DNA of 63,716 nt, counting the filler, from Octopus bimaculoides (Eukaryota): assembly GCF_001194135.2 (NCBI RefSeq). It is 6 parts of 6 records of this genome, joined end to end, with 100 filler letters (N's around TTAATTAATTAA, not from the genome) between each part and the next. Parts side by side here need not be neighbours in the genome. Positions count along the whole stretch, not along the records: positions 45,499 to 60,015 come from NC_068986.1; positions 60,116 to 62,603 come from NC_068987.1; positions 62,704 to 63,716 come from NW_026310958.1; 3 more parts are not named here. The stretch is one strand, 5' to 3'. Shown here in pieces: positions 51,961 to 63,716 of this stretch (positions within the stretch are counted from its first letter, which is position 1; every line of letters starts with the position of its first letter). The notes beneath the pieces were generated by a model. It saw nothing but the letters and a program-made list of their open reading frames with translations. It did no database searches and had not been told where the DNA came from. The position numbers and the translations under genes are program-made.

Positions 51961-52339
51961 TACATCTCACCACGTAGACGCTTTCTCGTTCTTTCGAAAG
52001 TATCAGTTACATGTTGTGGCTGCAATATTGAGGTGTTCTTGTTCGACCGTATCTACCCACATAAAAATGTTTGGCTTCGAAAAAGATCCATGTCAAAAGA
52101 AAAGACACACATAGACGACATGCAGTGATATGTGTGTGTTTCCCTACATGCTAGAAGTTAAGAATTCCTTGAGCCTGTCAGAAGGGTTGTCTAGGATCAT
52201 AGCCACACTGAGCATTTGTCCAGGGGGTTCACGGGTTTATGGGTACAACTCTGATCTATGTATGTTGTGGTTTACTGTCAATAAATAAATAATATAGGGC
52301 CCAGTGCAATGATTTGCCTAGGGACCTATAATTCTAGTT

Positions 52340-53688
52340 ATGTGGCAAGAGTGGGTGTCACCCAGAACAGCACTTGAGTCCGTCACACTCACGCCACTAC
52401 GGTATAAAGCCTGTAGCAGACCGAAAAGTATCGCCACCTATAAAGGGCCACCCGGAGTCGAACTGCCCCTCTCACCCTCCTCTCACTAGTCACACCCCTG
52501 ACTTCAACTAGTGTTTGTTGTTGTTGTTCACAGCAATGTTCATAAATGTTACAACCTATATCTAATGAAGTAAACATACCTGAGGAGCATGTAAAGACAG
52601 GCGAAACTAATCTAGTTGTTTTTAATCCATTCTGCCTAATAGCTTATTCGGCAAGTGTCTGTCTCGCTTTCTGAGAGGTTTAAATGAGTGACACGACATG
52701 ATTGCCCTCTGGACGGCACGCCTATCCTTCGAAGGGTCAATCCCCATCTACCTCTGGTACTCCTTTCTGGTTGTTCAAGGACACAACGCACTACCCTATC
52801 CAAGAATCGAACTTAGAGCGTAACGAACGTAAACCCAGTACTTTAACCCCTGGGTCATGCATTTTCATATTACCTATATATTTTGGTAAAGTTTTTGTTG
52901 TTTCAGTCACTGGACTGCGACCATATTGGAACATTACTCAGAATTGTTAGTCGAATGAATCGACCTCGGTACTTAATTTTTAAAAGCCTGGTACTGATTC
53001 TATCGGTCTTTTTTGCCGAACCACTACGGCGACGTAAACACCCCAACACCAGTTGTCAAGTGATAGTGTGTGTGGGACAAACACCGACACACAGTGTGTG
53101 TGTGTACACACACATAAACGACGGGATTATTTCAGTTTTCGTTTACAAAATCCGCTCACAAAGCTGTGGTCGGTCTGAGGCTATAGTTGAAGACTCTTGC
53201 CCAATGTGCTACGTTGTAGGACTGAACCTGGAACCATGCGGTTAGGAAGCAAACTTCGTACCACACAGCCACGTTTGCGCCTCTTGAATCTGAATAAGTT
53301 GTAAAAAAATCTTCACAGGTACTGTTAATAAATATTCATTTAGCCTCACTGTGCAAATAGACCGTTTGGTTAAACCATAGCATTATAGTTCTGCAGAATG
53401 GATTAAAAACAACTAGATTAGTTTCGCCTGTCTTTACATGCTCCTCAGGTATGTTTACTTCATTAGATATAGGTTGTAACATTTATGAACATTGCTGTGA
53501 ACAATAACAACAAACACTAGTTGAAGTCAGGGGTGTGACTAGTGAGAGGAGGGTGAGAGGGGCAGTTCGACTCCGGGTAGCCCTTTATAGGTGGCGATAC
53601 TTTTCGGTCTGCTACAGGCTTTATACCGTAGTGGCGTGAGTGTGACGGACTCAAGTGCTGTCCTGGGTGACACCCACTCTTGCCACAT
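52340..53688. repeat. Inverted pair of ~296-bp near-identical repeats (52340-52635 and 53393-53688), PLE pseudo-LTR-like, each with a degenerate hammerhead-like motif
   Basis: Arms are reverse complements with ~3 mismatches by eye. Each contains CTGAGGA-gcatgt-aaag-acaggc-GAAAC-taatcta-GTT. The ~760-bp spacer holds SINE pieces. Confidence 0.85.
52895..53280 (-). mobile_element. Copy of the same abundant SINE, sitting in the spacer of the 296-bp inverted repeat
   Basis: Same head and body as 62085-62503. Confidence 0.8.
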
Positions 53689-56600
53689 TTCTGGTTGGAG
53701 TTTTGTATTAATTGAAGTACTGGATATAGCGTGTTGTGAATAAGTTTTAAGTCTATTTACATATGTAGCTTTAATAAACACACATACACGCTGAGTTTTC
53801 TTTCTCCTGTTTATTCAGATACACACATACTTACTGTACAAATAGACCCTGTAGCTACACAACAAAGTTCTCTTTACAGACCTGAATGAACAGCAAGCTT
53901 AGTTAGTTTCATCTGCCTTTACAAGCTCCTCAGAGACGCTTTTTTACGCATCATATGGTTTTATCATTTTACTTGTTTTAGTCATTGGACTGGAGCAACG
54001 ACTGGGCATTTTGAAGGGTTTTAGTCGAGCAGATCGACTCCAGTTCTTATCTTTTTAAAAATTTGCTATTCATTCTATCTGTCTTTTTTGCCGCGAATTT
54101 ACAGGGTGTAAACAAACGAATATCGGTGGCGAAGGTAGAGGTCAGACACAAAGACTCACGCACAAATGTATGGTAGAAGTAAAGAATATGCACACCACAC
54201 GTTTTCGGTGTAACCCTAAACTCCGAAAATGAGCGGTGTGCGTATTCTTTACCTTCGCCCAAATGTACACCACACACAATGGGCTTCCACACAGTTTCTG
54301 TCCACCAAATCTCACTCACAAGGTATTGGTCGGTCCGAGGCTATAGCTGAAAACACTTGTCCATGGTGCTTCGCAGTCGGACAGAACCTGAAACCATTTG
54401 TTTCCAAAGCGAGCTGATTTAACCACGCAGCCATGCATGCGTCTATCTACAGAGTTCTGCAGAGAAACCTTGTTGTTCAACCACACGGTCTATTTTGCTC
54501 ATCGAAATTAAAACGCTTGTTAAATGTTTATGAAAATGTATGCATCTGAATTTATTTACAACTCCTTCCCAAACACGCTGTCTCGGTGATTTAGTCAATT
54601 AATATCTACGCATACGCATTTATGCATATGTCTGAGTTTCCCTGATAATTCTCATAATTATACTGGGAATTCTAGAAACAATTCATATTGCGGACATGTT
54701 AGGTAACTTTTATATTGAACGTCTACATACATACTAATACCTTGACCCAACAAGAGAAATCCCTATGTGGTCACTAAACCTACTAGAAATAACAACCAAA
54801 CTTTATTAGATACTTAAGCCCTTTCGCTCCCTCTGGAATATAAGCCGTTGACGACTCCTCCCCTTTGTTTTTGATTCTGAGCTTCCTGTTTTACTGCGTG
54901 CCTTACTATATAAGCTCTTGTTTCTGCTTTTGTAACTTTATTATATTTTTGTAGGTAGGGGTGTCCACTTTACGCGGACCTATTCTTACCTCTGGGAAGA
55001 CGTAGTCCATATCAATTCGGCCATTATCCTTTAACCTGTTCAGCACGAGAGATCCTACCTGGAGCTAGCATTCTGCTGGCATAACTCTCAGGATCATTGA
55101 GACAAACACGGACTGGATCTTCTGGTGGAATTCATTAGACAGTGGTTCTTAATATAGAAGAACCNNNNNNNNNNNNNNNNNNNNNNNNNNNNNNNNNNNN
55201 NNNNNNNNNNNNNNNNNNNNNNNNNNNNNNNNNNNNNNNNNNNNNNNNNNNNNNNNNNNNNNNNNNNNNNNNNNNNNNNNNNNNNNNNNNNNNNNNNNNN
55301 NNNNNNNNNNNNNNNNNNNNNNNNNNNNNNNNNNNNNNNNNNNNNNNNNNNNNNNNNNNNNNNNNNNNNNNNNNNNNNNNNNNNNNNNNNNNNNNNNNNN
55401 NNNNNNNNNNNNNNNNNNNNNNNNNNNNNNNNNNNNNNNNNNNNNNNNNNNNNNNNNNNNNNNNNNNNNNNNNNNNNNNNNNNNNNNNNNNNNNNNNNNN
55501 NNNNNNNNNNNNNNNNNNNNNNNNNNNNNNNNNNNNNNNNNNNNNNNNNNNNNNNNNNNNNNNNNNNNNNNNNNNNNNNNNNNNNNNNNNNNNNNNNNNN
55601 NNNNNNNNNNNNNNNNNNNNNNNNNNNNNNNNNNNNNNNNNNNNNNNNNNNNNNNNNNNNNNNNNNNNNNNNNNNNNNNNNNNNNNNNNNNNNNNNNNNN
55701 NNNNNNNNNNNNNNNNNNNNNNNNNNNNNNNNNNNNNNNNNNNNNNNNNNNNNNNNNNNNNNNNNNNNNNNNNNNNNNNNNNNNNNNNNNNNNNNNNNNN
55801 NNNNNNNNNNNNNNNNNNNNNNNNNNNNNNNNNNNNNNNNNNNNNNNNNNNNNNNNNNNNNNNNNNNNNNNNNNNNNNNNNNNNNNNNNNNNNNNNNNNN
55901 NNNNNNNNNNNNNNNNNNNNNNNNNNNNNNNNNNNNNNNNNNNNNNNNNNNNNNNNNNNNNNNNNNNNNNNNNNNNNNNNNNNNNNNNNNNNNNNNNNNN
56001 NNNNNNNNNNNNNNNNNNNNNNNNNNNNNNNNNNNNNNNNNNNNNNNNNNNNNNNNNNNATGAAAAAAGCAAATAAAACGAAGGTATGGAGATTAAATAC
56101 GCTTTACATCGCTTAATCAGCCAAAGGAGTAAATGTAAACAACTGAATACTTGTCAGTGATTGGTTGAAATTATCGAAATAAGACAATTTTTTACATGAA
56201 ATAAATTCGAATACAAAAATATTTTTTGTTCTATAACACAAAATAGATAAGTATACGAAGTTTGAAAGTCTTTCCGTACCAAAAACACTACGTAAAACAT
56301 TAATGAAAAATGTGGCCCCCGTTTTAAAATAGATCCGAAGTCGATGACATCGACACCAGTACTTATTTTACCGACCCCGATAGGATGAAAGGCAAATTCG
56401 GTGGAATTTGAACTCAATGTAAAGACGGACGAAATACTGCTAAGTATTTTGACCGGCGTGTTAAAGATTCTGCCATCTCGGTCGACCTGTTTAACATCAC
56501 AACCATCACTGGCTCTTGGGTACATTTAGCGGAATCCGGTATATTACAATAGACCAAGTCTTTGATTTGGGGATAGTTTGCTTTATTCCTCCCACTGGTC

Positions 56601-58501
56601 TGGGAGGCACTTCAATGGGTCATTGAGGTCTGCTCCTTTTATCTGACTTGGCATTAACAGAACACATTTTCATCAACAGTAGAGATTTATAATGAATAGT
56701 AATACAAAGTAAACTCTGTCATATTGAAGAAACTAGTCACGATTTCACTTGTAAAATGTTTGCATTGGGGTGTGATTTGTGCGGAAGATCTGAATCTCCG
56801 ACTTTACAATACTAGCTGTCTTCTGAAGTTCGCTATAAGCATACGCTTAAACGCTTTTTATCCATAATCTCTATCCTAAAAGAAGCGAACAAGTAGATCG
56901 GATTTCATTTCCTCTTCTTTAAGGGCAAAGCATTGAAAGTTAATGTAAATGAAGCTGTGATTTTACTTATACTGCCTACAAAGGCCACAGATTTAAGAGA
57001 TGCATTGTCACTTAAATCAGTCATAATAAATGTCGAATATATACAGTGACTGATTTAGATATGGTAGGCTGTATCGTATTGTAGATTTTGGCTGCTCTCT
57101 GCGTTGCCAAAACGGCCACCATTTCTTCAACAAGTGCGATCCATCTACCCTATGCTACACTACTATCGATGAGGCCCCGGGGGATATAAAGTTTGGTAGC
57201 CTTCTCGTTAAAAAGTACACTAGAATGTATCACAAAAATTTAAAACATGCTTTTTAAGTACTTTGAAGTTTCTGTGGAATGTGAACTCCTAAATTGTTAC
57301 TGGTTAAGTCCTAGCTGTAGGGAAAAGGGAAAAAGAAAGGCAAGTCGAAGTCGGCATGAACATGTAGGTTCCTACACGATCAACTGGAGGATCGTGGTAG
57401 TATATTTGCCGACCTACGCAAACCTCCGGTGAGTCGATTCATTATTTCTTTTCTATGAGACTTTTGGGAGCTGGTACGCCATACGATTATTTAAGTATAT
57501 GATTTTGATAGACTAGAGCATTTTTTCTATATTTTAATTATTATTTTTTCGTTCCCCTTTCGATTTTTCACATTTTGTTTCTTACTGTGTTTCACTATGT
57601 ATTGAGGTAAAATTTTTAAAAAATTGAGTAAACAAATTTTAATTAGCAAAACATACGGTACCAAACTATCCACCAGGGGCTTGTGGCTAAAAAAAAAAAG
57701 TGTGATCTTTGATTCACACATGATATAATATAAAATATAACATGGTGCTGATATCAAAATTAACTAAGATATCATATTGGAACCCTGGGAAAAAACGAGG
57801 GCTCGGGAGCCAAAGTGTTGAGCTTAGAATTTCGATCAATGAAGGATCCTTTATGTGACTGACAAATTAAGTACTGGTCTAAGGCAGTGGTTCTTCACTG
57901 GGATCCATATGGCCTTTGGGGATCCATGTAAGATTTTGTTAAAATTTGTGACGTAAATTGCTTATACTTCTGTAGTACACAAAATATTCTAATTTTTTAT
58001 ACAGTTCCTAATAATATTTAATTATAAAAATACAGTATGATTTTTTTTATAAACATCGAATGGCTGTGGAGGTCCAGTAGAGTAAATTGGGAATCAAAGA
58101 GATCCATAGACGAAAAATAGTTGAGAACCACTGGTCTGAGGTTATGGAGTAGCGGAATCGTTAGAGCGTCGGACAGCATGCCTTGCAGTATTTGTTCTAG
58201 CATGTGCCCTGAATTAAACTCCCACGGTGGCCTGCTGGGGTGATTAGACTTAATATCTGTTGTCTTGTTTAAAATCACCATCTGGTCCTTGGGTGCCTTT
58301 GCCCTTAGTTCACTCTGTTGTCAGCATTCGGATCAATTCTCCGGTTTGCGGATCCCTTTCTCTCGCACCCTTGTCAATCTTGAAGGCCTTGCAAAGAGCC
58401 ATGGACATTGCTATTCTCTCCGACTAAGCAAAACACACACAGATGCACTTTTGCGCACACACACACCTGCATAAATACACCCATATGTGCACACGCACAC
58501 T

Positions 58502-58538
<37 letters not shown>

Positions 58539-60115
58539 TTGATTGTTCACCAAAGATTTGATGACGAAGTCTAAAACTGCATACATCCTTATCTATTAGA
58601 TCTTGGATAACTGAAGACGGGACATGAATATGTGATGAGGGTAGCAACCATTGCTGCAAATATTTGGGGATTCTTTTGCCGTTTTGTGGTTGATCTCATC
58701 CATTTCCAGCATTTGAACACCATTTCCACACAGCTGCCGCTAAGTGGATCGGCTTCTAAACTTTTTCAGTTCATCTTTGCAAGTGTTTCAGAGTAAAAGC
58801 ATATGCTTACGCTCAGTAATTCCGTGGATGTGCTGAAAGGCTGCTTATGTAGGAGCGCTCTATGGACACCCAAGCTTCACAGATATAGAGGAGGGTGGTG
58901 ATATGAACCGATTGGTATACGGTGACTTTTGTGGAGGAATGAAGGGACTCGGAGGCTGCCTTAACTCTTTATCTGTCTTGTGCATCGCTTGTGATACACA
59001 GGTCATATTTCCCTGGCGTCTATGAATCAGATATGATACACATTCCTAAACAAGGACTAATGTATATACATAGACATCTCAAACGTAAACAAACAATCAT
59101 TTTTGAAAAGTTTGTCTAGAAACAAAATGTCATTTGATACGTTTAAATAGTTAATCTATTATTTAGTAGACATGTGTACAATATATTAGTTTCAAATGTT
59201 CACACAAGGTCAGCTATTTCGGGGCAGTAGGTACGTGGATTATATCGATCCCAGTACTCAACTGGTACTTATTTTATTGACCCAGAAAGGATGAAGAGCA
59301 AAATCAACCTCGGCAGCATTTGAACTCAGTACGGAAAGACGGACGAAATACCACTAATCATTTTGTTCGGCGCGGTGACGATTTTGCCAGCTTGCCACCT
59401 TACATGTACAATAGATTAGCAAGTTTGACGCACCAGATAGTGTTCACACAGATAAAACGGTATTATGAGAGGTGTCTATTTACTTTTGAGGCGTGTGTAA
59501 ATAGGGCATCACATGTGATGAGTAGTATTAAAAATCATTTATGATTCGCTGTGTGGATCACATTTAATACACGTTATTATCGTGTGTGATACATTCTTTG
59601 ATCATGTATTACCCATCAACTAAAATTTAATAAATTAATCTCTAGTACCTAAAAGCTTGAAAACAAACAGATATTTAGGCCAGGCCTGTGAAAATGCATT
59701 GGACAAGTAAAGGGTTTTAAATAGGTAACGGTCTCCAGAGGTAGCCGATACCTGTTTAATGCAACCCTGGATGCTGTTGCTACCTCAGAGGGAATGCACC
59801 CCAGACATCTGAAAGATGGTAATACTGACAGCTGTACACACGCACTCACACACTTTCTCTCTCTCTCTCTCTCCAAAAGTTGAAAAATGTGTTTATAAAA
59901 TAGATTATATTTACATAATAAATAAGTCACTATAGCTTGTGTTTATATCAACATTGCTTATTCATTCTTTACGATTTAAAATATCACTAATATTTTTGGC
60001 TGAGACCTTACATTTNNNNNNNNNNNNNNNNNNNNNNNNNNNNNNNNNNNNNNNNNNNNTTAATTAATTAANNNNNNNNNNNNNNNNNNNNNNNNNNNNN
60101 NNNNNNNNNNNNNNN

Positions 60116-60150
<35 letters not shown>

Positions 60151-60559
60151 GTGTGTATGTGCATGTGTGTGTGCGTACATACGTATGTATGTGTGTGTGT
60201 AAAAAAATATACAAGGAGTATTCATAATAGGTATGTACTGTGAGTGCTCTGTTTGGTTTACCGCTAAAACTCCTTTCATTTTTGACAAACTGGAGAGTAC
60301 TAATATCCATGATTGGGGATATTTCTTCATTTTTATGTCTATTCCAATTCTTCTCATCATCACACCCTCTCCAACCATCTCCTGTCACATTCTTATGGCA
60401 CATCTCCTCTATCCCCTCTGTATTACTTATACTTTCCCCCACTACTGTTCCCTGTGGGTAGGCCCTCTCTTTCACTCTCAGTTTGAGTGTCCCTTTCTCT
60501 CCCAACTCCTCATTCCTTGTCCCACTGGGGTAGTCAAGTATCTCCTTTGGAGTAAGACA

Positions 60560-61157
60560 GCTACCCCTGTCTCTCCAACTTTCTCTAACCTCTCGCCTGG
60601 CACACAATCACTTGTCTCTGCTCTTTCTCTCAACTGAGAGATCCTTGTCTTGCAAGTACTTGGCAACCACATGGGGCCACATATAAAGTACCCACAGTGG
60701 TGCGACATAAAAAAAACCTGTGCTGGAGCCATTGTGCAAAGCACTTATGCTGGTGCCACATAAAAAGCATCCATTGAGGCTCCACATGAAAAGTACCCAT
60801 GCTAGCACTATGTAAAAGATATCCATGATGGCACCACATAGAAAGCACCCATGCTGGTACCATATAAAAAGCACCCATGCTGGTACCATATAAAAAGCAC
60901 CCATGCAGGTTCCACATATAAAGCCACTCCATACTGGTACCATGTAAAAAGCACTCATGTAAAAAGCACTCATGTAAAAAGTATCCAGTAGACTCTGTAG
61001 AGTGCTTGACTTTTGGAAGAGCACCCAGTCATAGAAACCATGCCAAAACAGACAGTTGGAGCCTGGTGCAACTCCCAAGCTTGCCAGTTCCTTGTCAATC
61101 CATCTAACCCATGTCATCATGGAAAACAAACATTAAATGATTATGATGATGATGAAG
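60560..61157 (+). mobile_element. RTE-related LINE 3' end with an expanded ~27-bp tandem array (catgctggtaccatataaaaagcac-like) and (GAT)n tail
   Basis: About 10 degenerate units at ~60680-60980. The terminal part resembles the RTE 3'UTR of the other copies. Confidence 0.65.
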
Positions 61158-61357
61158 ATAATGTATATGTTCATGTGTGTATGTGTATCCTTTACGGATT
61201 TATGATTAACCAAAGCTTTATATACATATATATATACCTCGTTCAGAGATTTAACATTGCTTCTTTTCTCTTTTTCGAGATCAGTGAATATTTTCACTGG
61301 AAAAAGTATATATGTATTTGCATTGGGACATCTTTCGCATCGAAGATCCGTGATTGT

Positions 61358-61402
61358 CGTATGCTGAGGACGGGTAAATACCCAGAAACTCGAGTCCGTG
61401 CG
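61358..61402 (+). ncRNA. Minimal type-I hammerhead ribozyme motif
   Basis: cgtatg-CTGAGGA-c-gggt-aaat-accc-a-GAAAC-tcga-GTC-cgtgcg. All core nucleotides are present and helix III is the palindrome CTCGAG. Predicted cleavage after 61396. Confidence 0.8.
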
Positions 61403-61854
61403 TATCACAGATCAAGATGGGAAGGATGACTTCCCTTTGCAAATACAGACAGGACACAGATGTGTGTCAATAGCCAGCTGGAGGAGATGTTCTCCTGGGG
61501 ATAAAAGCAACAGTAACATCCACCCTTAGGGTTCAGCCGCATTTAAGTGGCAAATATACTTCACATTGTCATGCAGTTACTGTTAATACCTCGTTCAGAG
61601 ATTTAACATTATATATGTATATATTTATATATATANNNNNNNNNNNNNNNNNNNNNNNNNNNNNNNNNNNNNNNNNNNNNNNNNNNNNNNNNNNNNNNNN
61701 NNNNNNNNNNNNNNNNNNNNNNNNNNNNNNNNNNNNNNNNNNNNNNNNNNNNNNNNNNNNNNNNNNNNNNNNNNNNNNNNNNNNNNNNNNNNNNNNNNNN
61801 NNNNNNNNNNNNNNNNNNNNNNNATATATATATATATATACACATATATATATA

Positions 61855-62050
61855 TGAGGGGGTGCTGAAACATACATTCCTGGCTTTGGGTAAAAGAAAA
61901 TACAGGAGGATCAGTTAATTATGATTTTATTCAACATATTCTCCTCTCAGATTCACACACTTATTGCAGTGGACCTTAAGTTTTTCTAAGCCCTGTAAAA
62001 GAACTCAGAAGGTTGGGCCTTCAGCCAGGCCTTTTGCCATCCTTAAAGTG
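61855..62050 (-). mobile_element. mariner 3' end with terminal repeat
   Basis: CNKCVNLRGEYVE* on the minus strand. ta-tgagggggtgctgaaa terminal-repeat-like sequence on +. Confidence 0.75.
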
Positions 62051-62084
62051 AGGAGCTTTTTAGCACATATAGTCTTTTATTCTT

Positions 62085-62503
62085 TTATTTGTTTTAGCCA
62101 TTTGACTGCAGCCATGCTAAAGTATCATCTTAAAGGGTTGAAGAAATTGACCCCAAGACTTATTCTTTGTAAGCCTAGTACTTATTCTATCGGCTTCTTT
62201 TGCTGAACTGCTAAGTTACGGGGAGGTAAACACCAACAATGGTTGTCACGCGAAGGTGGTGGTGGTGGTGGGAAACACATACACAAATACACACACACGC
62301 ATGCATGCACGCACGTACACACACATGCACACACACACACACATGACAGGCTTCTTTCAGTTTCCTTCTACCAAATCCACTTACAAGGCTTTTGTCAGCC
62401 CAAGGCTATAGTAGAAGAAACTTAGCAAAGGTGCCATGCAGTGGGACTGAACCCAGAACCATGTGATTGGGAAGCAAGCTTCCTACCACACAGCCATGCC
62501 TGT
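62085..62503 (-). mobile_element. Abundant octopod tRNA/CORE-type SINE (family 'ggctgtgtggtaagaagcttgctt...')
   Basis: Minus-strand head catggctgtgtggtaggaagcttgc..gggttcagtcccac. The body has gaataagtactaggcttacaaagaat. Other copies at ~3121-3405(+), 21700-22040(-), 31660-31880(-), 38515-38790(+), 47570-47762(+), 49795-49965(+), 52895-53280(-), 53965-54440(-). Confidence 0.85.
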
Positions 62504-62504
62504 G

Positions 62505-62561
<57 letters not shown>

Positions 62562-62959
62562 GCATATATATGTATATACATACATATATATATATATATA
62601 TATNNNNNNNNNNNNNNNNNNNNNNNNNNNNNNNNNNNNNNNNNNNNTTAATTAATTAANNNNNNNNNNNNNNNNNNNNNNNNNNNNNNNNNNNNNNNNN
62701 NNNATATATATATATGCATATATATACATATACATTAATGTATGTATGCGTATCGGCGCATCACGTAACGGTTTGAGTGTTCTACACACGATCATAAGAT
62801 CGTGGCATCAATCCGTGGCTCGGCAGCGTTTTATGTCGCTGGGCAGGGCCCTTCATAACACGTAGCTCCATTTTCTTCGGGTCCAGGGGCCAAAAAGGGC
62901 CCATTGCCTCTCGCCCCTATATACGTAAAACAATTCGTAATATCATACTAAATACTACC

Positions 62960-63716
62960 ATCCTCAATTGCCAGGGAACGTAGCCCTCTCTTCCATACAT
63001 AGACATGTGTGTGTATGTGTGTGCATATATTTTGTATGTATATACATGCGTATAAACGTCTATGCATTTATGCATACAAGTATACAGGCGTACATATATG
63101 CATACATATATACATATATACATATATGCATACATATATACATATATACATACATATATNNNNNNNNNNTACATATATACATATATGCATACATATATAC
63201 ATATATACATACATATATATATACATATATGCAAGCATATATACATACAGACATACATACAGACATGCATAGACACACAGACACAAACTCACCCATGCAC
63301 ACAGAGCGACACAACAAGCGGAAATCACATTAATAATAGTATGTATTCATTAATCATCAGTCAAATATATATACATGTGTATGTGTGTGTGAGAGTGTGT
63401 GTATGTGTATATGTATATGTATATATATATGTACATGCTCACACAGATACAGACACACGTATATATGTATACACTCATTTCTATATATTTACCAATCTAA
63501 ATATCTTTCTATCTGATTATATTGATCTATGAATGTATATATGTTCACGTACACTTATAATCACAGTTGTATCGACATATGTACACACAGGTATATATAT
63601 CTTCATATGTTTGTCTCTGTATGAATGTATCCGTATAAATACACACACACATAGTTATTCATAATATATACATACACACAAACATGTATTTATAAATATA
63701 TATGTATGCATGTATA
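62960..63716. repeat. (TA)/(TACA)/(TG) low-complexity region
   Basis: Read directly from the sequence. Confidence 0.85.

Overview
AT-rich, gap-ridden (N-run) eukaryotic genomic DNA. The SINE, RTE-LINE and microsatellite content points to a cephalopod (Octopus-like) genome; this is an inference. The only host gene I can support is the 5' part of MED1 (Mediator subunit 1) on the minus strand. It has five coding exons with GT-AG boundaries and consistent phases (22570-22676, 16611-16689, 15598-15785, 10995-11023, 6211-6282), plus a probable 60-nt upstream exon (29293-29352). The rest of the gene lies below coordinate 1 or in gaps. Introns and flanks are filled with decayed mobile DNA: RTE LINEs ending in (GAT)n, tRNA-derived SINEs, a Helitron helicase fragment, Penelope-like (PLE) RT/GIY-YIG remnants, Tc1 and mariner remnants, a piggyBac remnant with TTAA MITEs, a Tx1/L1-like LINE and a ~1 kb solo LTR. 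There is also a 2.4-kb 34-bp satellite and many microsatellites. The most interesting signals are (i) at least four minimal type-I hammerhead ribozyme motifs, one inside a 352-bp direct-repeat-bounded, retrozyme-like unit; (ii) an AG|GTAAGT recursive-splice-type junction at the start of the 60-nt MED1 exon, which contains in-frame stops; and (iii) recurrent fold-back (inverted) structures in one repeat family. No prokaryotic features (CRISPR, operons) are present.
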